DNA of 64,000 nucleotides, from the NCBI GenBank assembly GCA_965178125.1, contig OZ237761.1:124001-188000 (forward strand), written 5' to 3'. This document shows positions 24,801 to 37,420 of this stretch, piece after piece (position 1 is the stretch's first letter; each line of letters begins with the position of its first letter). Below the pieces are notes generated by a model that saw only the letters and a list, made by a program, of their open reading frames with translations, had not been told where the DNA came from and did no database searches. Origin of the DNA: Bilabrum cf. latius (taxonomy: Eukaryota). Position numbers and translations under genes: made by a program.

Positions 24801-27800
24801 ACCAACTGCAACCATGTGTGACTGTCTGCGAGATTAGGGTGCTGTGTACAACGTGTGATCTCAGTTGGTGAGGCCAGCAAGGTCTCTGAGATTGAGGTCG
24901 CTCGGTGGGCGCAGGACCCGCTCGAGGAGCAGGCTCAGATGCGACGTAGCGATGCGGAGGAGTGCGAGAGAGAGAGAGAGAGAGAGAGAGAGGGCAGCTA
25001 GGGGGGGGAGGGTAGAGCAAAGGGAGGGGGGGACGACGGTTCACCGGGACGGGGGAGGAAATGGTGGAAGAGAAGATGATCGGTGGGGTCATTGGGTTGA
25101 TGAGGCGGATAGGAAGGGGGAGGCACAGGCCGGGCAGGTGTGGGTTGGGCATGTGTGACGAGTGACTCGGATCAGGGGGATCGGATCACCGACCACATGC
25201 GGATGTGGAAGTTGAGAGGTCACAATTAGACTCGAGCGGCAATCAAGCCGCGTGCTATTCGGGCGCTGAGGGGCAGCGTTCGCCAGTTTTCTTTTTTTGG
25301 TAACTTTGAGGATGGGCTCTCGGAGGAAACCAACTGCAACCATGTGTGACTGTCTGCGAGATTAGGGTGCTGTGTACAACGTGTGATCTCAATCATTTGT
25401 GCCTCATGATCGCTCATGCCGCATGATGCAATCTACATCTGCAGGATATAGTGGGCTAGTACCTGCTGCGATATATTGAGGTCAAGTCTCAGTCTGGTCT
25501 CGAAGAGTCGCCCCGCAGGACTGAGGCAGCACCGGCGAGGATCAGCACCAGCTTTCACCACGGAGAATGTCCTCTCTACTTCGGCACTTGAGAGCCTCCA
25601 CAGCAGGATCATTTTAGCGGTTCGGATCGCCACACGAACAGCTGCAATTTTGCTGTTGGACAGCACCGGCAGGCCGGCTCTGTCCTCCTTGAAGACCAAT
25701 AGTCTCAGCGCCTCAGTTCCGGAGAAATACGGCTAGAACTCATCAATTATCCCAGCACCTGAGGCCGGCGCTTCTTCCACGCTTTCTCCATCCGACATAG
25801 ATTCTTGGCTGGGACCAGCGACCTGGTCTGCCTCGTTCAGTCGCGCTACTCGTAGCCCTTCTACATACAATCCGAACTGCTCATCAAGCAAGTTCCAGAA
25901 AGTAGCCGGACTGTCTTCATCAGTCGGTGTTCCTAGGGCCTGTAGAGTAGCCAAACCATCAAGTGCGTCACCTGCTTGGACAATATCCAGCCCAATAGCG
26001 CGCAAATCGGCTGCAGTCCACTCTGGTAGCTTTGCTTTCGGAAGCATGGCCTGTGTCACCATGTCAAGCTTCATGCGAATCAGCACTACTACTGGGAACT
26101 TGAGGGGATTTGTATAGTCTTGTACCGAGCTTTTGATAGCAGGAAGCTGACTGCCAAATGCCTTAGAGCGATCCTCTATGAAGCCGGTCAGCGCCACGGG
26201 CCCCAACTGTGCTGCGCAGTGTTGCCCTACGAACTTTCCCGCCCAGTAATTCTCGTCCCAGCATTGAAGTGACTCAACAACAACCAGCACTTTGCGCAGT
26301 ACGTAGTCATGCAGTATACGAGCCTCTAGCTGAATGATGGTGCTGTTGATATCCTCTAGGACCGTACACAGCACCGACATCTCCGACAGTAATTTTGTGA
26401 TGCAGGCATCTTCTCCAAGCTCGACACCGGTAACACTTCGCTGTTGCAGCAGATCCTTCAAAGGTGCTGTGGACGGCTTCACATCTGCTTTCTCCATAAA
26501 CTTTCGGAGCGCTCGTAGCCGTTTGCCACCGTCCTCAGATAGATGCAACATGGCAGAGTAGGCCCGCCCCCACCGTGTCTCAGCGAAGCAAATGACTGAC
26601 CAGCGAATTCCAATATCCAAGAGGTTTTTTCTCAGCTTGTTCTCAGCGCTTCCAAAAGCTGCATTCATAGCCTGTCGCAGCTTGTCGAAAAGCGATACGG
26701 ACAGCAGCCGCTTGACCTAGTTGTGCAGCATGTGGCACAGGCACGCCACCCTGGGCAAGCTTAGCAAGGGACAGTATAAATCCAGACGAGGTGGCGCCTC
26801 AGCTTCGCCAGGTATGGCTGCTGCGCCCTCATTCTAAGGAAAATCTGCCGGCATCTTCCGCGTCGGTCCACCCTGAAGCAAGCCAGCAAGCGCGGCATTG
26901 GCGGTGCGGTTGGCTGAGTGGTTGTCAGTCACCATACCAACGACAAAAGACCCAAGCCCTAACTTTGACTAGAGCTGCTGCATTACCACCCTTCCTATTG
27001 TATTCCCATCTCCTGCTACCTCGGGAACCAACGACAGGCAGGCCTGGGTAGGTCCATCGGGGCCCCAGTAGTGCACGACGATGGAGAGAAGCTGCTTCTC
27101 TTTCGGTAGAGAATTTGATAGAGTAGTTGCATCGAACTCTAGGAGTACGTCCTTGCCCGCGGTTGTCTTGCGCAGCACATTGTCAGCGACAGCAGCGGCT
27201 GCGAGGCGATCGCTGCTTACTGTGCTGGGGCTGGTGCCATACTCAGAATGTAAGGTCTGGGGGAGAAACTCCCATGCCTTGTGAAATATACTTCGGATGG
27301 GCATAAGCGTAAGGTCAAGCCTGAGGGTCCGCGACTAGGCCAGGGCTGATCTGCCTCTTCGAATCACCAAGCCCGCTATGTCATCAATGACTCGCCAGTT
27401 CCGGCATGCAGCAATGCACCTTGCTATTTTCTGCTTTGGCTCCGGCCCTGCTCTCTACCGTTGAAGCGATTGAATTATGCTTTGCTACCGCTCCAATCGA
27501 AGTGCCTTTTGTGGCGGCTATTCGTTTGGCTCATCTTCACCGGTTTCTTGGGGGCGGCCGGGGCCTGCACCGCTTGCAGCGCCACCCCCTGCTGCTTCTG
27601 TGCTTGGCCTACCCCGCTTGCTCCCAGCGCTATGGTCGCGGTACATATCCTTGAGTACGTTAACGTTGTATACTGTTGTTATGAACCCATCCAAACTACA
27701 CATGCCGTGTACTCCAGCAACTTCAAGCAGCAGCAGTGAGCTCACCCTCTCCCGCACGATTCCCACCTTCTGGTCTGCCTGTCGATATAGACCCACTTGC

Positions 27801-28213
27801 ACTATGTTCACCAGTTTCCGCACGAGACGTTCACCCTGAGCTACAAACGGTCTATGCTGAGGCTTCGTCAGCCGGAACTCCGCCTCCCAGACCCGGGCAA
27901 CACTGAGGTTGTGCTCTAACTGCTGCACTGCAGGGTCTAGCACATCAATCGTAGAGAATCCCGCCGCGCTGGAAGGGCTAGACGAGCTGGAAGAACTAGA
28001 TGAGCTGGAAGAACTAGATGAGCTGCTACTTGTTGCTACTGGGCGGGTAAAATCGCTTGATGCCATGGCAGCAACAGGTGAACTTGCTGTATCCGCCAAT
28101 TTATACGCTCCACTCAACGAATCAAACGCTTCCCGTGGACGAAGTACATTAGCTGGAGTATTTAGTTCATAATGAAGGGCTGGATCCCTTTTGGCACCTG
28201 CCTTGCGAGGCAT
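18823..28213 (-). CDS. hAT transposase, 969 aa once the YR retroelement is removed (segments 28213-25391 and 18909-18823); 9 in-frame TAGs, TAA stop
   Basis: Motifs LEFDATT, MVTDN, CLCH (CxxH), ETRW and SSAEVERTFS. No TAA or TGA in frame before 18823. Confidence 0.88.
21050..21557 (+). repeat. (GGTGCT)n hexamer array in the gag-like region, probably encoding (Gly-Ala)n
   Basis: About 500 bp of degenerate 6-bp tandem repeats. Confidence 0.9.
21925..23622 (+). CDS. Reverse transcriptase-RNase H of the YR retroelement (true start and stop uncertain)
   Basis: Motifs IPK..G.R.ITDMS, LDWSKFF, MGSRSSP, YVDD, FVG, WCDAS, AEL, HSDS, NQLADRLSR. Confidence 0.9.
   Translation: MYDGDGLEMDPLFPLLDGPPTTAGGWKSLSDGEKAVAIRLWGAPLCLDGSPLPAPVPAHSGSGSSSGEQLLEGGLALGRGWRIAVPGAVAPRCRASRTIMIPKAHGAGSRSITDMSAFDSSGLRQGPNRQINPEPYAEAVMDRIDVLGSKLRAMEAACLRRGEPAEFTLFVLDWSKFFRLLPTDLTEAGAVWGSFGQVAMIDVTASMGSRSSPAFACTLGRGFHQAFRDRLREVTPQQLCDMGTYVDDCAVICITRHADWLLARLHHDSEALGLRVSVSKARTQDLSPSTEFVGYHVDGEAMRVSLTAHKQAQLLETLDTLLTPGSVTVGREVEVVTGRLLHAADALWVLRPLLAPLLSLYLPLRRQGRLVQRVAVPPSVVPSLRLVREVIAANPGRSFPRRFDVDRDFSVWCDASTTGFGAVLRHGRRRAVAACFYGTWAVTLGPGDMPAAELAVAVMAVEVWGSRLRNRIVEVHSDSSAAVKALRKGRSDSERMNALLHHALRHSALLDFAIYPQHCPSRFNQLADRLSRMSQLSSKQRTASMTRLGQPAHRQICPWPIWLVL
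23478..24670 (+). CDS. Tyrosine recombinase of the YR retroelement (ends approximate)
   Basis: FRLGEL, TNKS, GHSLR, then after two TAGs QFGGWDSPNSVRAY containing the W and the catalytic Y. Confidence 0.82.
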
Positions 28214-28774
28214 ACCTGCGATTATTGAGGGCTTCAGGCGGCAAAAATCAAAATGCTTGAATCAAATTTTAAAGGCCATTTTTAGCGTACGGCTGATTTT
28301 CTAGGGTGCGCCGGATGTGTGGCCCGAAAACAGCCCTGATGGCGCACCCAAAACGACGGAACCTAGGGTGCGCCGCGGCGCACCCAAGCTGTGAGGTCTG
28401 CCGGTAAACTAGGCCTAGACAAAGCCATGAAAAACCAGTTCATTCTTCTTCCTGTTCCATGAAATCCAAAATCATTGATACGATCTTAGAGTGGCATTCA
28501 TTCAGTCCGTGTAAGCCAAGCCGGAATGTGGTCAAATCGACATGTCCTTCTGAGGGAAAAACGAATCAGCCACAATCGTAGAGGTATCCGACAGCTGCAA
28601 ATACAAGACCTACAAGACAGACCAACGTAGAATAGGTAGCGATCCTCCTCCTAACCACATCTGACTGTAGGAAGCACTGCACAGCTAGCGGACCTTTCCA
28701 ATCCGATCCACGACAACAGCCGGAAGTTGCAAGGTTCCCGGGTGGTCAAATACGCAAGCAGTCATTCTTGAAGC

Positions 28775-29791
28775 ATGTCGGGGGAAGCAAGCGTCGTTGA
28801 ATCGGACAAGAGCGAATTACTCGCCAGTTATTACTCCAGTGTCGCCAAGGGAGAGACTGAGCCGACTCTCCAGGAGCTGGTGGAGCTCGACCCGTCCGGC
28901 ATAGACCTGGACGAGATCAAGGTGCTGGCCGAGGAAGGCGTCTCCAGCGCTGTCACCATGTACAGCAAGTATAAGGCGTTCAAAGAGGCCCGCAAGCCGG
29001 AGGATGAAGCTGAGTTCGACGCCAAGTACTGCAAGAAGATCGTGCACGACATGGTCTAGCGCCAGCTCAAAGAGACCGAGGCTAAGGGCGAGCCAATCGA
29101 ACTGGTCGGTCTCCTCTTCACAAAGGAGGAGTTCATAACCATCGTCAAGATGTCCATCCCCGACGCCAAGGAGCTGGATATCGTCGACGTGGAGCAACTT
29201 CCCACGAGCAAAGGTTGGCACCCGAATGAGATCGACTTCCACTTGGTTACTTCAGACGGTGCTCCACCTCGAAGGGTGAGTCTGAAACTGGCTTACCACA
29301 TAAGGGATGATCTTCAGGAGTAGGATGATTCAGACGTCGACTCTGACTACGAGAAACCAGATGTCACCGCTCTGGATCACAAGTTCGATGGCGAGATCTT
29401 TGAGGAGTGGGTCTACAAGCCCCCGGCGACACTCTCTCGGTTCCCACTTGCATTCATCAAAGTCGGGGCTACATGGAGAAAGCCTCGGGACGACGATGAA
29501 GAGAGCGAGGCCGAGGCTGACAGCGACGATGAAGAGAGCGAGGCCGAGGCTGACAGCGACGGTGGTGCAGGAAAAGCTGGTCTTTCATTGTATGAGATGT
29601 CAAAGACAGCCCTACATAATTATGATGATTACGATGACATGTCCATCGGTGAGTTGAAGGCGCACCTCATCGACATGTACGAGATCGCGAACGAGATGAA
29701 GGAGGCCCCTGAACACCAGAAGGAGATGGCCAACGATGAACTCAAGAAGATTATGGATCTGATGAACGCGTTCGATGGCTTCATATACTGA
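28775..29791 (+). CDS. Hypothetical acidic protein, 338 aa (2 TAGs)
   Basis: Track ORFs 28775-29059 and 29588-29791 are in frame with only TAGs between them. Contains an internal 30-bp duplication encoding DDEESEAEAD/S. Confidence 0.65.
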
Positions 29792-29965
29792 GTCATGGGT
29801 GAACTAGAGATACCAGCTACAAGTGAAATCCTTGGCATAGTGGGAAAGGGGCGCCCACAACTGGATCGGATGGGATGGGATGCCGGGAGGTCGACAGGAG
29901 TTGTGTGATGGTTGGTTGATGGGTATAGATACTTCTAAATCATTGATACGATCTAAGAGTAGCAT

Positions 29966-30238
29966 TCAGTTTGTATTGGCTTTCACAGCCACCTTGCTGG
30001 TGTCCGTCTTCAAGGCATCAGCCATCATGGCAAGCACGTTCTCGTCCAACCTGCCCCCCATCCTCTTGGTGAGGGCGTTGGTCTTGTGCTTGCGAGTCTT
30101 CTCGTGTTGGCTCTTGTTGCAGTAGCTCAGCTCGACGTTGCAACATGGGCACGTGTACCTCAATTTTGCACGATCCTTGAACTTCTGCTTGTTGGCTTGG
30201 TAGTATTTCCTCATGTAGTCTTTATCGTTCTTTGGCAT
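29966..30238 (-). CDS. Small basic Zn-finger protein (virus-type)
   Basis: YMRKYYQANK followed by CPCC...H..T.KH; TGA stop. Confidence 0.7.
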   Translation of the reverse strand: MPKNDKDYMRKYYQANKQKFKDRAKLRYTCPCCNVELSYCNKSQHEKTRKHKTNALTKRMGGRLDENVLAMMADALKTDTSKVAVKANTN

Positions 30239-30308
30239 TCTATCAATATATATGATCCATTCTTTATATGGTTTTAAATAGTTTTTATTATTTAAAATCA
30301 ATTTAGGT

Positions 30309-32056
30309 TCATACACCCCGTACTTTATTGCAGTGATAGACCTTGAGCTTGCCCTCCTTGTTGGGCCCGTGCTCTTGGTACAGGGCATTCAGCTCGTGAT
30401 AAGTCTTCTTGTCCGAAACAATAGCTTCCTCACCATTGGCAAGGATAAAACTATCGGTCTGAACACGCACCACGTTGTCTGGGTCAAAATTATCCAGCAT
30501 TGAGATCATAGCATCACGACCGTATGATGTCACGAAGGGGAGGATGCGGGCGAATGATGTCTTGAATCTCTCATCTGGGTCCGTGTACATGAACTTGAGC
30601 TCATTGTTCTTCTGTACAATACAACCTACATCAGTGTAGTCAGAAATATCCGGCTCTGATCTCTCGTACTTGGCCTTGCGTTTGCGTTCGCACAGCTTGC
30701 CCCACAAGGAGTTGAGCACGAGCTTAGCATACGGAACCTTATGCCATTTCATGTCGTACAGGACACGGACAAAGTTGCGGAAGATACCAGAACCACGCAT
30801 ACATTTGATATATTGCATCGCATTTGTCTTGCCGTCTTGAATGAGCTCAGGTTCCAGGTCAAGCTCGCGGGCACACTGCAGGTCGATGTTGGTGTAGTAC
30901 TGCTTCTTGTTGAAGCGATAGAACGGATGATCGCCCTTAATCTTGGCGCGGTAGATACCCATGGGTATTTTATCAGGCAGGGACTCTAAAGTGGTAAAAT
31001 TAGGCCTGGAGATGGGGAAGTAGTGCTTCGAGTCAAGGATGTTGGGGTAGAAGGATTCGAAATCGTAGGACCGACAATCTTCATGTACACCCTTGACTGC
31101 ATGAATGACACCGCCCATGGTGGCTTGAGCTATCCAATGACCCTCTGTTGCCTCGATTGACGGGAGGTTTGGAATGTTCTTGGTGAGGTAATGGAAAATC
31201 ATCATGACCACATCTGCTGGCACTTGTTCAAACATGATAGATAGAACTCGTAGGTTGTCCTTTCGTAGTCCATGGGCACATCGATAATGTTACCGGTCTG
31301 GTTGAAGCGGACCATCTCTTCCTTGCCGTCGAAGATGACCATATCATCGCCTCGACGGTCACGGACAACCAACGGATTGGTGCGAGGATAAAAATAGCCC
31401 CGTGCTGGGATGGCCTTGAATTTAGGCTCTACATGCTCGGTCGTCTTCTTAAGATGGAGCTCTTTGAAGTAAGATGGGTGGGTCCAACTTTGGGTCTGCT
31501 CGTCGTCTCCTTCAAGGTAGAGATTGGCTTGCAGGGCATCTGACACCAACTTGAGCTTCTCGTCGGGTACTGGATCGCGTCTTCTAACCTTAAGGAACCG
31601 CTTTAGCTGTGCTGGAGTTTTCCATGGCAGATCACCATTACACAGCTGATATAAAGACATCCATAGACAATCTTTTTCGGTGGGGTCATCGCCTGAGACG
31701 CGCTTTGGAATCGCACGGATGATTAACGCCCAGTCCTTGAACGTCTTCTGATCCAATGCAGTTGCTTCATCGCCGTAGTAAATACTTGGATCCCAAAGCT
31801 GTGGTTCATCCTTGACTCCAAAGCTTTGACCATGGCGCCGGGCTCCGATCGTCTTGTCGTAGTTGCCGGTCCACTGGAACATCACATTTTCACCCTTCTC
31901 CATACCCCATCGCTTCTGGATCGACTTGATCGTTTTCAGAATCTCCTTCTTCGTCCTGCGCTTCTTATCGGTGGGGTAGAGCATAACTACGGGCTTTCCA
32001 TGGGCTTTGGCTTTGGTGACTCGTGTCGCCAACTTGAATGAGCTATTGCTCGGCAT
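30309..32056 (-). pseudogene. Compact family-B DNA polymerase, split by a probable frameshift near 31200-31235
   Basis: Motif A YDFESFYP, motif B KLVLNSLWG and motif C VQTDS lie in 30309-31235. The overlapping upstream ORF 31202-32056 is probably the N-terminal part. Confidence 0.8.
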
Positions 32057-32151
32057 CGTTGCTATATCTAAATTGAGAAGTCTTTAAATGGCTTAACATG
32101 GAAAAATGTATTTTAAACCACTTAAAGAAATATTCCTATAGCTATGGTAGA

Positions 32152-33926
32152 ATGAAGTACCTTAGCGCCGATGATTTTATGGCCTTGGTCCGCTCGCAAG
32201 ACGAGCACAACACGATCCGTATCCTGACCCAGCATGTCAAGTACCACTTCTTCGCCTATCAAGAGACCTTGTACGAGCTACACGAGCCCACTATGGTCTA
32301 CAACAAGAGAAAGCTCAACGATACCGCCATTGTGGGAATCTATTCGAGGTACCTGGCGTTGAGCATCAGCAAGTTGAATGCGGAGAGCAAACTGGAGCTT
32401 GCCAACACCAACCAGCGAAAGTTTGATTGTATCAAGAATACGAGCACATTCATCAAGTCTATGCGTGAGCATTTACGTGAGGTGTTGCTAATGAAGACTG
32501 ACTTTGTGGGTTTCGATCAAGACCGCTCGTACATCCATTTTCTCGATGGGTACGTAGATCTTGCGACTGGCAAGTTTGCCCCACGCGAGCTTGGGAAGCA
32601 CTTCGTGATGCATAATACAACGGGCTACAAATATGGCAAGTCGACTGAGAAGGAAATGAAGTTCGTGCTGAATACCTTGAAGAAGATCTATCGCGAGCCG
32701 GAGGTGATGGACTACATGTTGCACTATTTTGGTATGTGCCTGAGTGGTGAGTCAGTCAACAACTGCAGTATTCTCGTCAACATTGGTAAGGGGAGTCGGG
32801 GCAAGACAACGCTATTGAAGATGATTCAGGCAAGCATTGGCAGGTCATACTACCGTGAGTTTGACAGCGATGCCTTCAATGTCTCCAACAGTAAGAAGGA
32901 CAAGATCTACAACGAGCTCAACGACAAGCCGGTCCGCATCATGTCAGTCAACGAGTGCTCCTCGTCCCGACTTGATACTGCTGGGTTGAAGAAGATCGCA
33001 GACGGTGAGCTACAGACAACCAAGCTGTACATGGATGGTCAGTTCGATTTTACCATCCAGGCCAACCTCGTGGTGACTGCCAACCAGATGCTTAACTTCC
33101 AGTCGGACAGCGGGATCAACAGGCGTCTCGTGGGATATGAGTACAAGAACGAGTTCGTGAAGGCAGAGGATAAGGCCAAAGCCAATGGTAAGACTGTGTT
33201 TGTCGAAGACCAGTCACTGAAGGACAATTCATGACTGACGAGACCCTCAAACTTGCCGTGTTCAATCTGCTTCTCAAGTACGCGATGAGGTGGTACCAAG
33301 ATGGCAAGGTGTTCAAGTGCCCCACACCAGCCGTTATGAACGATGCGAAGTCGGATATGGTCGAGACTAACGATGTCTTTGGTGACTTCATTGACGAGTG
33401 TCTCGAGCTGACAGGATTGGATTGTGACAGGATCCACAAAGAAGACATGCTTCAGCTGTTCCATGCTCGGTACCCAGACAAGTCCAAGACTGTCAACATC
33501 CGGGTGCTCATGAACAACCTCAAGGACAACAACATCGAATACAATCGGCAAGCACGTGCGAATGGAAGAAAAGGGTCCTTCGTGGGAGTAAAAGCCAAAG
33601 ATATGATGGATGAGGACGGGCCAAATGAGTTGGATGCCCATACTGAGGTACATGGCAAGCTGACGGTGATGCAGATGCGTCTTGAGCTAATGATGAAGCT
33701 GGTCCACTCGCAGGAGAAGATGATTCAAGAACTACAGAGTGAGAACAACCAGCTTCAGAAAAGTATGGTAAAGTCCAATTTCAAGGCTAAGAAGACGGAG
33801 GAGGTGAAGGAGGAGAGCCTGGGGGACTTGATGGCTGAGTTTACAGGCAACGCCATCTTCATTGAGGGCGAGATGGAGGAGGAGAGCGAGGATGAGCTTC
33901 GTGAAGCCATGAATATATTCGAATGA
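32152..33926 (+). pseudogene. SF3 / D5-like helicase, frameshifted near 33228
   Basis: D5_N-like IHFLDGYVDL.TG, Walker A GKGSRGKTT, Walker B MSVNE, motif C VTAN, arginine-finger INRR. The C-terminal part is in the adjacent frame. Confidence 0.85.
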
Positions 33927-36239
33927 TTTAATACTGTATACTATGCAATAATAAATCTTACAGCTGACTTGCCATTCGGCGAACTGTCGTCTCACCAAGC
34001 AACTTGACCAACTCGGCTCGGGGTTTCCATTCAAAGTCGGATCGCTTTGGGTACCCTTTCCACTCCACCAGATACTCGACCCTTCTCCTTCGTGTGCGTT
34101 TGCCACGGAAGCGATATATCTCAAACTCGTCCTCAGCTAGTTCTGGCTTGGTCTGATTGCGAGCGATCAAGAGTTGGTTCTTGGTGAAGGCCACATTCGG
34201 GTAGCTCTCGATGACGTACAATGGGGGCAAGCCAGGAGTCAGCAACACATCGTCAATGACTGCCGGGTCAGACCAACGCAAGTCACCCGTCCTAAATCGC
34301 TCAGTAATGGATGTGTCACCAATGGCTCTTGGTTTGTCGAGCTGGACATGCACAACGGTGCCGACATCCAGTAGGTCACATGAGCTTCCCTTGCATACCG
34401 GTGGTCCCGATTTGTTATAATACGATGGCATAATTAATCTCTGTCCAACCTGCCGGTTGGTATTTGCTGAGAAAGACGGCGATGGGGACGGGGTGAGCTG
34501 GCCCGCACCAGCCTCACCCAAGGGCTGCCCGCCTCGGCAGCCCCACACCACCACGTCCCGGTCGTCGTCAGGGAACGTGAGCTCCCTGCCGGCAGGTTTG
34601 ATATCAATCACACATAAAACATGTCAAGCAGGGACCAGTTGGCCGGATCAGCAGGTAGCATCCTGCACCGCAGCCAGTCTGTCCTGCCGTAGACCCTCCA
34701 TGAGCTCACGGGTGGGCGGGCTTTCAACAGAACTCCAGTGCCCAGATCTTTATATCTGTGGCGCTGCGTGTTGCGTCTCAGCCTCCACTCGAGCACTTGC
34801 CTCAAGGGAAGTGCCTCGGGAGCACAAACCAGGACCCGAACGACTCGGAATCAGTCGGGCCTGATCCCAAGTCTTACCGGGTCCCGATTTGTTATAATAC
34901 GATGGCATAATTAATCTCTGTCCAACCTGCCGGTTGGTATTTGCTGAGAAAGACGGCGATGGGGACGGGGTGAGCTGGCCCGCACCAGCCTCACCCAAGG
35001 GCTGCCCGCCTCGGCAGCCCCACACCACATTGATGCTACTCGGACGGGAGGGGCGCCCGTCCGTTGTCCTCTCGCCATTCTGACTCATTCCTTAGAGCTC
35101 CGCTACTGCCTTCTTGAACGCCACAGCCAGCTTGGGCAAGTGGTCCTTGCTCATGCAGTACACGGCATTCTCCAACGACTTCCAGTCGGCGTGCTTGTAC
35201 ATAACACCCACGGCGGCAACTGTTGCCTGTTCGCCTAGAGTGCGTGCTGAAGGACTCCGTGATCTCGCTCGTGCCCGTGCAGTACGCCTCCATCATCCTC
35301 CTGATGGCTGTCGTCCAGCTTGCTTACCAACGCTTTGTTGTCTTGGCGTCCGAATTCACGAACCGATAGGTCTTGGAGTCAGCAGGGTCGTCGCCGCAGC
35401 CGGCTAGTCTACTGCAATGTCCCCCAGATCGTGGTTCGCTGATGCACCTCGTCCAGTCGCTTCAGTGCGGTCTGGCCCATTGGGATGAGCACTGCCTACA
35501 GCGTGTCCCTTACAGCTGTTGTCTTCCAGAGAGAGAACATGGCCATATATGTGCACTTGCCCTTGTACATCATACTCGCGTCATCCATGGTCCGGGACCG
35601 CAGCTCGTTGCCGCGACACGTGCCGCCGATGCCCACTAGTGGAGCCTCGAGGGCAAGGATCTCTTCGGGTTTGCCCGCCTTGGGCCCGCCGTCTGTGACC
35701 ATTGCGGTGCTCCATCTAGATGATGGGAGCACGCTTCTTCCGGTTGCCCACGTCGTGCAGCCTCTTGTCCCTGCCTACCATCACCGTGTTGGTCGTTCCG
35801 GATGTGTCGGGGGATGGAGATGCAGCCCGTCACGTCGATATATCTCGACACGTGGAGAAGGTTGACCTGAGCGTGGAGCCCTGGAGATTGCCGCGCTCCA
35901 TGCGCAGCACCATATGGGCAGGGATCCGGTCAAGATTCTTGATCGCCTCCGCAATCGTGGTGCCGTTGGGGCCGAAGTCTATCAACAGTCTACCTACTGG
36001 ACGACGCGAAGCCACTCGCGCCGGCTCGCCAGGCTGACATCAACCGCACTGCAGCGTATGGCAGGCGCACCCAAGCGCCATCGAGACCAAGCAAGCCCAA
36101 CTCTGTGGCAGCCGACGCGAAGCAGCCCACCCCGGCTCGCCTGGCTGACTTTGACAGCAAGGCGGCCACTGGCAGGCGCGCACATGCGCCATCAAGCCCC
36201 AGCAAGAGCAAGTATACCCATAATGCACTCTGATCCCTC

Positions 36240-37420
36240 CAGCCTCAGAGTCTGCACCACGATGTGCTCTGCTCTCACCAGCCTCATAGTCTGCACCACG
36301 ATGTGCTCGGCTCTCACCAGCCGCAGAGTCTGCACCACGATGTGCTCTGCTCTCACCAGCCGCCGGGCCTGCACCACGATGTGCTCTGCTCACAGCAGCC
36401 GCAGAGTCTGCACCACGATGTGCTCTGCTCACACCAGCCGCTGAGTCTGCACCACGATGTGCTCTGCTCTCACCAGCCGCCGGGCCTGCACCACGATGTG
36501 CTCTGCTCACCTTAGCCGCAGAGTCTCCTCGTCGTCATCACCATCAGATACCTCTGCCCGTTTCCCACCGGCGAGCCCTCGTTGAATAGAGCCTACGGCG
36601 TCAACCCTAGTCGCCTCGGCAGAGCTGCCCTATAAGAGGGCAAGACGCACATCCGGAGCGGGAGGAGAGGCAGCTGGCATCTACAGCGAGGCGCGCTGCT
36701 CACAGCAGCCGCCGAGCCTGCACTACGAAATGCTCTGCTCACACCAGCCGCTGAGTCTGCACCACGATGTGCTCTGCTCACACCAGCCGCTGAGTCCGCA
36801 CCACGATGTGCTCTGCTCACAGCAGCCGCAGAGTCTGCACCACGATGTGCTCTGCTCTCACCAGCCTCATAGTCTGCACCACGATGTGCTCTGCTCACAC
36901 CAGCCGCTGAGTCTGCACTACGATGTGCTCTGCTCACAGCAGCCGCAGAGTCTGCACCACGATGTGCTCTGCTCTCACCAGCCTCATAGTCTGCACCACG
37001 ATGTGCTCTGCTCTCACCAGCCGCCGGGCCTGCACCACGATATGCTCTGCTCACCTTAGCCGCAGAGTCTCCTCGTCGTCATCCCCATCAGATACCTCTG
37101 CCTGCTTCCCACCGGCGAGCCCTCGTTGAATAGAGCCTACGGCGTCAACCCTAGTCGCCTCGGCAGAGCTGCCCTAAAGAGGGCAAGACGCACATCCGGA
37201 GCGGGAGGAGAGGCAGCTGGCATCTACAGCGAGGCGCGCTGCTCACAGCAGCCGCCGAGCCTGCACTACGATGTGCTCGGCTCTCACCAGCCGCAGAGTC
37301 TGCACCCCGATGTGCGCTTCTCTCACTAGCCGCCGGGCCTGCACCACGATGTGCTCGGCTCTCACTAGCCGCTGAGTCTGCACCACGATGTGCTCGGCAC
37401 TCACCAGCCGCAGAGTCTGC
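36240..37420 (+). repeat. 39-bp minisatellite clusters (ctgcaccacgatgtgctctgctctcaccagccgcagagt)
   Basis: Tandem units in three clusters, separated by a duplicated ~200-bp spacer. Confidence 0.9.

Larger units (their letters stand above)
18911..25391 (+). mobile_element. Tyrosine-recombinase retrotransposon (DIRS order, Ngaro/PAT-like split direct repeats)
   Basis: A1 18911-19350, B1 24770-24862, A2 24863-25290, B2 to 25391. Internal junction gatctCAgttgg. Inserted at a CA without a TSD. Encodes RT/RNase H and YR. Confidence 0.92.
18367..28400 (-). mobile_element. hAT-superfamily DNA transposon
   Basis: 13-bp TIR cagacctcacagc (18367) / gctgtgaggtctg (28388-28400). 8-bp TSD ccggtgaa / ccggtaaa. 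Subterminal gggtgcgc repeats at both ends. Encodes a transposase. Confidence 0.93.
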
